Shown: in pieces, positions 49,367 to 59,115 of the stretch
Layout: each line of letters opens with the position of its first letter
Numbering within the stretch: position 1 is the stretch's first letter
Assembly: GCA_963749495.1 (NCBI GenBank)
Contig: CAVVMW010000007.1
Span: 1 to 64,000, forward strand
From: an uncultured bacterium
Lineage (GTDB): Bacteria > Verrucomicrobiota > Verrucomicrobiia > Limisphaerales > UBA8199
DNA: 64,000 nucleotides
Reading direction: 5' to 3'
The notes under the pieces: model-generated
What the model was told of the DNA's origin: nothing
Database searches by the model: none
What the model saw: only the letters and a program-made list of their open reading frames with translations
Position numbers and translations under genes: made by a program

Positions 49367-50323
49367 ATGCGCCATGCCCTCTTGATTTCAAGTGCGATTG
49401 CCCTTGCAGTATCTTCAATCATGGGTTTCGAACCGCCCGGACCACAGAAACGGCTTGAAGCGATTGGGCCGACCAATGGGCTTCCAGCAACGCTTCAGCG
49501 CGCATTCACCCCGGACGAGGATTTCCAACCGGTCCCGGTTCCCGGCCCGCAGGATTGGCTGGCGGTTCATCGTGAGCCGGGCCAGACGTTCGACGATTTC
49601 CGGCGCTCGCAAGCCCATCGCCCCGACGCGCAGCGGCGCATCATTTATTTGCAGCCCCTGGGTGATTTCCGCGCCGAGCAAAGTCCTTCCTTGGAAATGC
49701 TCCGCCGATACGCGGCTGATTTCTTCCAAATGGAGGTGAAGGCCCTGGCGCCCATCAGCATAAGCGCCAGTGGCCTGACCAGCCGCACCAACTCTATGAC
49801 GGGACGGCGGCAACTATTGACTGAGGATGTTCTGCGTTTGTTGACCGGAAAGCTGCCTGGGGACGCCTTCTGTTTGTTGGGCATTACGATGGAGGACCTC
49901 TACCCTGCGCCGTCGTGGAATTTTGTCTTCGGCCAAGCGTCCCTGAACGAGCGCGTGGGGGTTTACAGCTTTGCCCGCTACGATCCCGCCTTCTATGGCG
50001 AGCCGCGGGGGAAGGATTACCCGGCGCTGCTGTTGCAGCGGAGCACGAAGGTGCTCACGCACGAGACCGGGCACATGTTCGGACTGAACCACTGCATCTA
50101 CTTCCATTGCGTGATGAATGGCTCCAATCATTTGCAGGAGAGCGACCGCCGCCCGCCCCACCTGTGTCCGGTGTGCCTGCGGAAGCTCCAGTCCAGCGTG
50201 GGGTTCGACGTGGTGAAACGGTACGAGGAACTGAGCCAGTTCTTTGGGCAGATGGGGTTTGAGGACGAAGCCGGGTGGACGGACCGCCGTCTGGAGAACA
50301 TCCACCGTAGTGCGGGCAGCTAA
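49367..50323 (+). CDS. Archaemetzincin (M54) zinc metalloprotease
   Basis: WNFVFGQA, HETGHMFGLNHC....CVMNGSN....D.....LCPVC. Confidence 0.9.
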   Translation: MRHALLISSAIALAVSSIMGFEPPGPQKRLEAIGPTNGLPATLQRAFTPDEDFQPVPVPGPQDWLAVHREPGQTFDDFRRSQAHRPDAQRRIIYLQPLGDFRAEQSPSLEMLRRYAADFFQMEVKALAPISISASGLTSRTNSMTGRRQLLTEDVLRLLTGKLPGDAFCLLGITMEDLYPAPSWNFVFGQASLNERVGVYSFARYDPAFYGEPRGKDYPALLLQRSTKVLTHETGHMFGLNHCIYFHCVMNGSNHLQESDRRPPHLCPVCLRKLQSSVGFDVVKRYEELSQFFGQMGFEDEAGWTDRRLENIHRSAGS

Positions 50324-50334
50324 GGGGTCTTTGG

Positions 50335-50598
50335 ATGGTCCCCATTCACGAACTGCTGAACCGCATCCGCTGGGACCACGAATTTGGCCGCGGGACCTTC
50401 GAGATGGGCTATTTTGACCGCGTGGAGGGCCGGGTTATGGTCGTCCCGTTTCGGGAAGTAGCTTTTCCCGAAGACGACCCGCAGGCGTTCCAACTTGTAG
50501 ATGCGGAGGGCCGGCGCCATCGAGTCCCCTTTCACCGCGTTCGGGAAATTTACAGAGACGGGCAGCGCATTTGGCATCGGCCGCAGGACCCAAAATGA
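50335..50598 (+). CDS. DUF504 (MJ1316-like, RNA-repair-associated) protein
   Basis: IHELLNRIRWD...GYFDR...VPFHRV...IW.R. Confidence 0.8.
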   Translation: MVPIHELLNRIRWDHEFGRGTFEMGYFDRVEGRVMVVPFREVAFPEDDPQAFQLVDAEGRRHRVPFHRVREIYRDGQRIWHRPQDPK

Positions 50599-50939
50599 AA
50601 AGCCGCTCTGCTGCTCGCCTCGTGGACGCATTGTCGCTACCCTGGCCCCAACCTCATCTGTGAAACTTTGAGACTTTTATGGCGGGCAAACTGGGCACCA
50701 CTAGCTCCCGAAGGATGGCGTCGCGCCCACCGCCCAATCTGGAGCATGGGGTAAGGCGCAACGGCCCCTGGCCCATTTTCGCCGCCCAAAAAAGAATACA
50801 CGTGTATTCTTTTCCCCTTTTTCACGGAAAGTCGCCAAACACAGGCTAAAATGCACTTCTGGCCTGTGAAATCAGGGGTGGGATGAAGGTTGAGCTAACG
50901 CGCATGAACGCCCGAAAACGCCCCAAAAAGTGCCAAAAT

Positions 50940-50981
50940 CGGCTTAAAAGGCCGCTGCTCTACCGACTGAGCTACCAACCC
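50940..50981 (-). pseudogene. 5' half of a canonical tRNA-Lys(TTT); att-like site
   Basis: Reverse complement GGGTTGGTAGCTCAGTCGGTAGAGCAGCGGCCTTTTAAGCCG, then non-tRNA sequence. Confidence 0.8.
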
Positions 50982-51070
50982 AACTGCTTAAATCTTAGGC
51001 ACTTACGGCGATATTCCATTCTGCACACAAATGTGCTTGCCATGCTGACTTGCCATTCTAAAACCATGGC

Positions 51071-51259
51071 GTGAAGAACACGGCGCAGGCAAAGACGGAC
51101 CGGCCTCCTGCTGGGGATGCCCAGCAGAAGCTGAAGAACGTCGGCGAATGCCTATATCGCAGCAAATCATCCAAAATCTATTATGCCATAACCTGCGTTG
51201 GCAAGCGACAACTAAAGAAGTCGCTCAGGACGGGTGCGGGACAAAATAGTAACCATTAG
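51071..51259 (+). pseudogene. N-terminal remnant of a tyrosine integrase
   Basis: VGECLYR..SSKIYYA....GKRQLKKSLRT resembles an integrase arm domain; adjacent to the half tRNA. Confidence 0.55.
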
Positions 51260-51269
51260 ACCTGTTCAT

Positions 51270-51431
51270 TTCCGCGTATTCCGCGTATTCCGCGGTTCAT
51301 TCTTCTTCGGCGCTTTGCTAGCCTCGCCGGCCATGAAAACCAATCTTATTTACCATCCAAATGGAGCGCATCGTGGCGGAGCGGGGCCGATACGGCTAGG
51401 GCAGATGAGGGCAACCGCGGAATACGCGGAA
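51270..51431. repeat. 9-nt repeats (TTCCGCGTA)n with a distal inverted copy
   Basis: ttccgcgtattccgcgtattccgcggtt near 51270; aaccgcggaatacgcggaag near 51413. Confidence 0.6.
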
Positions 51432-51958
51432 GACAAAGCCGCCCAGCGATTCCGGGTGGGGATTGGCCGGCATTGGGGCGGCCCCATTTCCTTGCGGTTG
51501 CATCCGCATAGATACAATCATGGAAGGGAACGAACAACGCCTGTCTTGGTCCCTTCAACGGAGGTTACTTTTTTGTCTCGCGCCCGCTCAGGACCCAGGG
51601 CGCGCTCAAGATTGATTCAAGAAGATGGACCGTCGTGGCCTGAAGCTTGAGGGGCTCATCGGGCGGAATCCAGGGTCCACGTGGCCGCAAGCCGATTCTC
51701 GGCAGGTTCGCTACCCGGATGTCCCTGAACCTCGGCTTGAAGCCTATTTTGCCCGGACACGGGAGACGGGGCGGCGGAGGCGCGCGGCAGTGCGCGCCAG
51801 GCCAGAACTTGCGCGGGCGGGTGTGTGAGACAGCTACCATTTGACCTTGGCCGGAGCAACTTGCGTCAATGGGCCCTGGCCCTGCGCGTGTATGTCCAGG
51901 ACAATAAAGTTTTTCCGGTGAGCGCGGTGTGCGCTCCAGGCGGAACTTGGTTGTAGAG

Positions 51959-54343
51959 TTACCGGTTTGCCTCCGAGGCAAATTCGAGTTCCCAAATGAC
52001 CGCCTCTGGGCTGCCCTCGAAGCTGACCGACAACAAGCTGCCGCTTTGTTCGCGGTGCACTGGGACTTCGCCGCCGTGCCTGGTTGCGGCTTGTGCCTTC
52101 GATACGGCCATTTTTTCCGGGACATGGACGAAGAGGGTGTATTTTTCACCCGCTACGATTTCCGAAGCGCCCCTCAATACGCTCTGCGGGCCATCCCAAA
52201 CCAGGTCCTGGATCGAATGAGCGCCAGAAATGTGCCGGGAGGTGCCAATCAACTGGGGGCGGTTCAGCAGCGGGTGGATCAACACCACTCGCGTATCGTG
52301 CCCCTCAATCTCGAGTGCCATCTGATCTCGAAAAACACCCAGGAGCTTCTGGTTCCAAAAGTCAAACATGATGTAATCCCTGCCGGGGCCCAGTCCGAGT
52401 TTATCAGCGAAGGAGACACTCTTGGTCACGGGAGTGCTGCGCCAGTTCGGCAGCGCCACGACATCATAGAGGCCGGATTTCGCATTCACCTTTAGATCCA
52501 GGATCTCGGGGTAATGGTGAATGTAGTCATCGGCGCGGACGTGTTTGAAAGTGTCCCAAGCGATGTCGGTGCCGCGGCTGAAGAGGTCGATTGGCCGGAT
52601 GGGCATGGTGGGCAACGTGCGCTGCAGGAGGGCGAGCCTCTCCGCGGGCAGTTCGGGCATTACACCGGCCAGAGGATAAACCACGCCGCTGAGGGCCACC
52701 AGGCTCACCAGCGTCCGCGCCTCGGCCGTCGTCACCCCAAAGCCGATCATCGGCTCCTCGCGTGTGCGCGCCGTTTCCACAACCTCCGCCGGACGCCTGC
52801 GCTTGGCCTCGCCCACGCTCATAGGCCCTCCCAGCTCCATGCCTTCGCCCGGCATGACATAGACGACGATGCGGTTGAGAAACGCGTTGGCGTTCAAGGA
52901 ACTGAACAGCGCGTGCATGCCGTGCCAATTGTTGTACACGTCCTCCCCGTTGAAATAGGAATTGAAGAAGCCGATCCCGTTGAGCGGCGTGCCGGCGGGG
53001 CACCCCTCCACAAAGCTGCGCGGACCGATGACTTTGCGAATCGCCTCCAACCGGTTTCGATAGGCTGTAATGGGGTCCAGGGCTTTGGCGTATAGTCTCT
53101 CCCGATCCACGGCGGGGACGTATTTCGGCAAGGCGTGTTCGCCGTCGAACTTGTAGTATTCGAAGCCCCACTCGCCCAGGGTGGTGAAGAGGTTCTTGAG
53201 AAAACCGAGGACCTCGGGATTGGTTGAGTCCAGCGCCGGCGTTCCGTAATCCAGAATGATTTTCCCCTGCGTATCGCGCAAGTACCAGTCGGGGTGCTCC
53301 TCAACCGCCCCGGCGTAGGCGTTCGGAACCAGCCACAGACCCGGGTGCAGCCCTCTTGACCTGATGTAGCCGGCCAGCCACTTCGGGCCGTGAGGAAATT
53401 TCTTCGAGTCCCAATTCTCAATCCAGTAATGCCCTTCTTTCAAACCCCGGTCGTAACCATCGTCGATCTGGACATACTGGAAGCCGTAGGCCTTCAGGTG
53501 CTCGGCAAGCCAATCCGCATTCCGGACTACCTCCCGCTCCGTGACGTCGCTGTAACAACTGGTCCAACTGCACCAGACCATCGGAGGTCTCGGAAAAAGC
53601 CCTTCGTCAAACGGGATGTAAAAGGGCACGCCCAGGGTCTTGGTGTAATACTCCGGTATCAAGCGAATTTGCACGCTCCCGGAACAGGGCAGCGACAGCT
53701 CCAGAAGATCCTCCTGTCCTTCGGCATTCAGGAGCCGTGCCTGGTCCGGGAACTGGATCGCGACATCTGCGGAGCGGTCGAATAGGCTGTGAAAAACGGC
53801 CCCGGAGACCGTGCCCAAGGCAAAGTACATGCACTCGGGGTTTTCCCGGGGAAGCCAGGAGGGGTTCCGCGTCCTGCTGCCGCCGTAAGTGCCGGCAACC
53901 TCGCCCGTTCCCGCCCAATCGACGGGGAATCCCTCAGGGTCGAGGAGCCGGGCGATTGCGCGTTGTTTGCCGACGGGCACTTGGGCCGTCAGAACCGCAT
54001 TGGGCGCGGTGCATGAGATCTTGAGGGCCAGGCGGCCCATCTCAAAAAGCCAGGTGCTCTGCGGCTCCGCGGTCGTGATCACGAGCCGGTTGTCGCCGCC
54101 CCTGCCGATGGTCCAGGCCTTGGCTGGAACGAGCTTCTGCGGTGTTTGAATGTTGAGCTGGACATGGGCCAGCAAGGGGCCCAATTGAGCATGCCCAATG
54201 ACCAAGGCACTCACGCTTGGATCCACGGCTATGGTCCAATCCTCGCTCGAAACCCTCACCTCCCGGTCCGCGGCCTTGCCGGTTATCGGCTGCACCAGGA
54301 CAAGGATGGCGGCGGCGCCGAGAGCAAAAAGCGACTGTTTCAT
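51959..54343 (-). CDS. Secreted alpha-galactosidase-like glycoside hydrolase (GH27/GH36 clan)
   Basis: Signal peptide; WCSW, YVQIDDGY, KFPHG, PGLW, YYKFDG. Confidence 0.85.
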   Translation of the reverse strand: MKQSLFALGAAAILVLVQPITGKAADREVRVSSEDWTIAVDPSVSALVIGHAQLGPLLAHVQLNIQTPQKLVPAKAWTIGRGGDNRLVITTAEPQSTWLFEMGRLALKISCTAPNAVLTAQVPVGKQRAIARLLDPEGFPVDWAGTGEVAGTYGGSRTRNPSWLPRENPECMYFALGTVSGAVFHSLFDRSADVAIQFPDQARLLNAEGQEDLLELSLPCSGSVQIRLIPEYYTKTLGVPFYIPFDEGLFPRPPMVWCSWTSCYSDVTEREVVRNADWLAEHLKAYGFQYVQIDDGYDRGLKEGHYWIENWDSKKFPHGPKWLAGYIRSRGLHPGLWLVPNAYAGAVEEHPDWYLRDTQGKIILDYGTPALDSTNPEVLGFLKNLFTTLGEWGFEYYKFDGEHALPKYVPAVDRERLYAKALDPITAYRNRLEAIRKVIGPRSFVEGCPAGTPLNGIGFFNSYFNGEDVYNNWHGMHALFSSLNANAFLNRIVVYVMPGEGMELGGPMSVGEAKRRRPAEVVETARTREEPMIGFGVTTAEARTLVSLVALSGVVYPLAGVMPELPAERLALLQRTLPTMPIRPIDLFSRGTDIAWDTFKHVRADDYIHHYPEILDLKVNAKSGLYDVVALPNWRSTPVTKSVSFADKLGLGPGRDYIMFDFWNQKLLGVFRDQMALEIEGHDTRVVLIHPLLNRPQLIGTSRHISGAHSIQDLVWDGPQSVLRGASEIVAGEKYTLFVHVPEKMAVSKAQAATRHGGEVPVHREQSGSLLSVSFEGSPEAVIWELEFASEANR

Positions 54344-54345
54344 TA

Positions 54346-54500
54346 TCAGCACCACCAGGCCTGTTGAGTGATGGATTGGCCGTAGAAGAGCACCCGCACC
54401 GTCTTGCGGTCCGCCGGGGTGCTGGTGCCGAGCAGCGTCAGGGAGCGGCGCAGGTGCTCGCGCCGGCCGGGATCGGGTTGCCAGGGCGGCGGGGCGGAGT
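54346..54500 (-). pseudogene. SGNH-hydrolase N-terminal fragment
   Basis: RRSL.LL.TST......VRVLFYGQSITQQAWW then stop. Confidence 0.5.
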
Positions 54501-54540
54501 AGGAGGGGGCGGCTTGAACCGAGCTGGCGTCGCCGGGCGC

Positions 54541-54631
54541 GAAGCGTTTTGGACTGCGGCAGTCCTCTGCCGCTTTCGCGTCCCCAGTGTCCAAAAAGCG
54601 CCAGAGGACTGGCGCAGTCCAAAACCTTGCG
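54541..54631. repeat. REP-like palindrome
   Basis: TTTTGGACTGCGGCAGTCCTCTGCCGCTTT...AAAGCGCCAGAGGACTGGCGCAGTCCAAAA. Confidence 0.75.
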
Positions 54632-54929
54632 GGCTTCGGCGGTTCATGAAGCGGATGGGATGGGGGTCCAGTCGCGGTCACGGGACTATTCGGCGAGGAG
54701 AGGGACGTTCGTGGTCGCAGCCTCTGCAGGCCGATTGCCGGTGTCGCACTCCTCATGTGGGCTCCCACAATTCGATTGGGTTCCCTTCCGGATCCCGCAA
54801 ACGGGCAAAACGGCCGTTCGGATAAATCTGCGGGCATAAGGTGTTGAATGTCTTTCTGCTGAACGGGCAACAAGTATCCTCGGTGAACCGGCGATGCAAG
54901 GCAAAATGCTGAGAGATTTCAGCAGGGAT

Positions 54930-55025
54930 ACAACCCCTTTCGGGGTAGGTGATCAATGGGCGCGGGACCCAGGGTAGCGCGTTCCGCGCAACCCTGGGCT
55001 GAGTGATCATAAGCCTTTTGGGCTA
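54930..55025. repeat. REP-like palindrome
   Basis: ACCCAGGGTAGCGCG-TTC-CGCGCAACCCTGGGCT with flanking ACAACCCCTTTCGGGGT. Confidence 0.6.
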
Positions 55026-55153
55026 CTGAGCTGGGACCCGCGGCTCTCTCTCGCGTAGTGGTACCCGCCAGATGCGCCCTGCCGCCGCCCAGCTCGTCCT
55101 TAGGCGTTGACCCGGTGGCCGCCTGGCGGTAATCTTGAAACACGCCTCGGAAA

Positions 55154-55339
55154 GTGCGAGAGTTGATCCGAGACCTCGAACGAGCGGGGTTTACGGATCG
55201 CGGCGGGAAGGGGAGTCACAGGAATTTCGTGCATCCGAGAGTCGCTAAACCGGTGGGCATATCGGGAAATCCGGGCGACGATGCCAAACGATACCAGGAG
55301 AAGGCAGTGCATCGGGCCATCGAACAAGCAAAGCGATGA
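55154..55339 (+). CDS. hicA: HicA-family toxin
   Basis: L..AGF....GKGSHRNF.HP. Confidence 0.85.
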   Translation: MRELIRDLERAGFTDRGGKGSHRNFVHPRVAKPVGISGNPGDDAKRYQEKAVHRAIEQAKR

Positions 55340-55575
55340 AAGAGAGTGCGCGTTATCTTAAGATCGTCGAATGGTCGGACGAAGATCAGTGTTTTGTCGG
55401 ATCTTGTCCCGGGCTTTTCCACGGAGGTTGTCATGGCAACAACGAGAAACAGGTTTTCGAGGAGTTGTGCCAGATGGTGGAGGAAATGATCGCCTTATTC
55501 CATCAGGATCGCAAACCATTGCCTCCGCCAACGTGCGGGCGTGATCTGGCCAACCAGTTGGCGGACATGGCCTGA
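55336..55575 (+). CDS. hicB: HicB-family antitoxin
   Basis: Y...VEWSDEDQCFVG.CPGL..GGCHG; ATGA overlap with hicA. Confidence 0.85.
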   Translation: MKESARYLKIVEWSDEDQCFVGSCPGLFHGGCHGNNEKQVFEELCQMVEEMIALFHQDRKPLPPPTCGRDLANQLADMA

Positions 55576-55792
55576 CGAACGGAACACTGGGGTGATGCCT
55601 CGCCCCAGGCCCTGGCCGTTAGGCCCTTCGCGGGTACCGGAAGATCGCCTCGCCCAGCAGGGCCTTTTTCTTGATCGCCTCCACCTCCGATGCCTCGAGC
55701 GGCGTGATTTTCCCGGTCGACACCGAGCGCCAGACCGATTCCGCCACCCAACCGGGAATCGCATGGGTGTCACATAAAGAACCTGCTTGATA

Positions 55793-55812
55793 TGCTCTAC
55801 GGTTGTCGAGCA
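55793..55812. promoter_or_regulatory. BlaI-type operator-like palindrome
   Basis: TGCTCTAC-GGTT-GTCGAGCA immediately upstream of a BlaI-like start. Confidence 0.45.
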
Positions 55813-55822
55813 TAATGGCCGC

Positions 55823-57232
55823 ATGAAGAACCGGCCGGTCGAATTGACGGAAGCGGAGTGGGCGATTATCAAGGCGGTCTGGGGGAACGAGCCATGCACC
55901 GCGCCCCAGGTAGAGCAACGGCTCCGCCACCAGACCCCCTGGACCTGCTCGACCGTCCGTACGCTCATGGACCGCATGGTCGCCAAGGGGCAACTCATGA
56001 CGTTGGGCCTGGTTGGCATCCTGGAATCGCGCAACGCGCTGCGCCAACACATCGAGAGATTGCTTGATTTCCGCCCGCCTCCCGCCTCCAAGGTGCCCCT
56101 CGTTTCGCTCTTGGCGGTGCTGGCATTCGCGGCGGTGGCCGTGCCGATGGGCGAGCCGCCTGCCCCGGAACGCAATCGGAGTCCCGGTGTTTCCCCCTTT
56201 TCGGCCGGCGTGACGACGAGTGAATCTCGCGGCGAGAACGGCCAAGACCCCGCCGAAGGCAACCGCAAGGCAGGCTCGTTGGTCCAAGACGGCAAGCTGC
56301 TCCATGAGATGGGCAAACTCGACGAGGCTCAAGCCCAACTCAGCTTTCGCACCATCGGTTTTGATCCGTACACTTTTGGCCAGAACTTGAGGACGAGAAC
56401 AGGACTTCCCGATTCGAGCGGACCTGGAGCGGAGTTGCAGGCCTTGCGCAACCTCTTGCGCGATTACGGGGTGGATCTCACTCCACCAACGTCCGTGTTC
56501 TACAAGGGCCACCGGGGCGCAATCCTCGTTTACGCCTCGCCCCAGCAGCTTGGGTTCGTCGAGCGATTAGTCCAGGAACTCAATCCGGAACCGACGCAGG
56601 TTCAAATCGAGGCGGAGTTTCTGGAAGTGGATGCGCAGGTCCTCGAGCCCCTGCTGACACTCCTGGCACCCTACGAGGCTACGAATAGATTCGAGGCCTC
56701 GGCGAAGACCGCGCGGACGGTCATCTTGCCACCGGAGCAGGCGCATTCACTTAGAGAATTAGCCTCTCAATCGGCCGCGAAAGTGTTGAATGCAGCGGTG
56801 AGCACCCTCAGCGGCCGCCAGGGCAAGATCCAGACCGCGGACTGGCAGAGTTTGGCAACCGACATCAACCCGAAAACCGTGAGGCCGCCGGGGGTCGCGA
56901 CCCGCGATGTGGGGCAAGACGGGGTGTTCACATTGGAACCGGCGCCCGTCGGGCCGCAGTTGTTTATCGATTCCGCGGTGTGTCAGAATGGCTTGGACGT
57001 GCTTCTCACGGTGATCAAGGATCTAACCCAGAACTCAGCGCTGTTCGCGGACGTGACGGTCCGAGACAGCTACACCCTGGTGCTGAGCAAACCCGTGGAC
57101 ACCCCGGGGCAACCCGCCGAGGGGCCGGCGACCGGCCGGAACCGATTCCTGGTGTTGGTCACGGCGAGGATTCGAGATCATGCGGGGAACCGGTTGCACA
57201 CGGACGAGGAAATCCGATTCCTGTCACGGTAA
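55823..57232 (+). CDS. Chimeric BlaI winged-helix / BlaR1(M56) tail / secretin-like protein
   Basis: LTEAEW.II..VW...STVRTLMDRMVAKG joined to LVGILES...LR..IERL, a TM helix and QVQIEAEFLEV. Confidence 0.6.
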   Translation: MKNRPVELTEAEWAIIKAVWGNEPCTAPQVEQRLRHQTPWTCSTVRTLMDRMVAKGQLMTLGLVGILESRNALRQHIERLLDFRPPPASKVPLVSLLAVLAFAAVAVPMGEPPAPERNRSPGVSPFSAGVTTSESRGENGQDPAEGNRKAGSLVQDGKLLHEMGKLDEAQAQLSFRTIGFDPYTFGQNLRTRTGLPDSSGPGAELQALRNLLRDYGVDLTPPTSVFYKGHRGAILVYASPQQLGFVERLVQELNPEPTQVQIEAEFLEVDAQVLEPLLTLLAPYEATNRFEASAKTARTVILPPEQAHSLRELASQSAAKVLNAAVSTLSGRQGKIQTADWQSLATDINPKTVRPPGVATRDVGQDGVFTLEPAPVGPQLFIDSAVCQNGLDVLLTVIKDLTQNSALFADVTVRDSYTLVLSKPVDTPGQPAEGPATGRNRFLVLVTARIRDHAGNRLHTDEEIRFLSR

Positions 57233-57251
57233 TCCATCAGTCATCCGTCGC

Positions 57252-58849
57252 TCAGGGTGCGTAGGGCACGGTTCCGTTGGCGTCCACTTGGTAGCCCCAC
57301 TTCCGGATGTAAGCCTCGGCGGGGAGGAATTCGTCGCCGCTGGCTTTGAGTCTCCGAGCCAGCCCGGCTTCGAGTTCCATCTGCAAGCCGCTGTGGGCGG
57401 GCTGATTGGCTTGGTTTTGCATTTGGAACGGATCGGTCTGATTGTCGAACAGCAACCACGGCCCGGCCGCGTCGCGCACGTAAGTGTGGCGCCTGGTGCG
57501 GATGCCGCGATACTCCCGGCCCCCGTGCCGGCGTTCCCACTGGCCAAACGGGGCGGGGCAAGCGATGAGCGCAGCCCCGTCCGATGGGTCTTTGCCGCCG
57601 CACAGATAATCGCTGTAGTCCAGTCCCTCTGCGGTCCGGGGCACAGCCACGTGGCACAAACCGAGGATGGTGGGCATGATGTCTTCCGAGCCGATGGGCG
57701 CATCCAGCTCCAGGCCGCGCGTGCCGAAGGCCTTGGGCCAACTCAAGAGCAGCGGCACGCGGATCGATTCATCGTAAGGCTGCTGCTTGTTGAATTGTCC
57801 GTGCGAGCCCACCAAGTCGCCATGATCGGAAGTGAACACCACCAGCGTGTTCTCCGCCAACCCGGTCTGACGCAGGGTTTGCAGCAAGTCGCCCACGCAA
57901 TCGTCCAACGCCGCGCAATGAGCATAGTAGCCGGCCAGGGCGGTTCGAGCCCTCTCACTGATGGCTGCCGGGACATTGTCGCGCAGCTTCATCCTGTCGG
58001 CCTGGTATTCCTCGCGATACTTCTGCGGCGCCGTCTGATACGGGTCGTGCGGGGGCCCCAGGCCAGAAAGAGGAAGAACGGCTTTTTGCTGCCGGCGTGA
58101 TCGCGCAGGTAGCGTTGGGCATCCCGGGTCTGGGCTGCCGCATCGTAACCCTCCCACACGAGCTTCTCGGGATTATCGGAATAATAGACCGAATGGTTGT
58201 AGTCGTGGGTGCATTCCAGCGCTTTCCAGTAATCGAAGCCCTGGCGGCGCTCGCGCGGGATGAAGGCCGAACGCCCGTCCCCATTCAGATGCCATTTGCC
58301 GATGTAGCCGGTGTCGTAACCCGCCCGGACCAGGACCTTCGGCAGTGTGAGCGCGTCGGGAGAAAGCGCCACATCGTTCAGGAATACCCCGTGAGTCAGC
58401 GCGCGCTGTCCCGTGAGCAGGGAGGCGCGCGCGGGGCAGCAGACCGGCACGCTGGATAGGGCGTTGATAAAGCGGATGCCCTGCCGTTGCAGCGTGTCAA
58501 TGTGGGGCGTGCGCACATTGGGATCGCCGGCGTGGCCGAAGGCTTGCGCGCGCCATTGATCGGCAAGGATGAACAGGATGTTCGGCCCGGTTCCCGGCCC
58601 GGGATCAAAACCGTTTCCGATTTTCTGCTCTCGCATGACACCGACCAACTGCCGGAGCGATTCCAGTTCACCCGGAGCGCCATACATGCTGAAAACGAAC
58701 TCGTGCTGGCCGGGCAAGAGATGGACCTGTTGAGCGCCGCCGGCCAGGGTCCGAAAGTCTGGAAGCGAAAAGATGGGGCCTCTGGCATTGGCAGCGTGCA
58801 AGCCGCCGATGGGCGCCAGCATCAAGCAGAGGAGAAGGAGTCTCTTCAT
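57252..58849 (-). pseudogene. Arylsulfatase-family sulfatase with one frameshift near 58055
   Basis: PNILFILADQWR, CCPARASLLTG, GYIGKWHL, then FTSDHGD..GSHG in a second frame. Confidence 0.85.
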
Positions 58850-59115
58850 ATTTGACGAGTGAGGGTATCAGATTCGGGGAAGAAAGCACTTCCATTCTTG
58901 CCCTTGGCCCCGCGGCTGGCACAAGCTCTCGCCATGTAACTGCACCGGGCGTCAGGTTTCTGCATCAATGCCGGCTTTTACGAGCCCTACGACCTCTGGA
59001 AACCCAAAGAGGCCCCGGAAGCGTTCTACTTCCACTGGCGCTCTTGAAGAAGCATTGAGAAGCGTTTGTCCGGCAGGAAGCCTGTCCGGTTTGGACGGTC
59101 GGTGCCGATATACTG

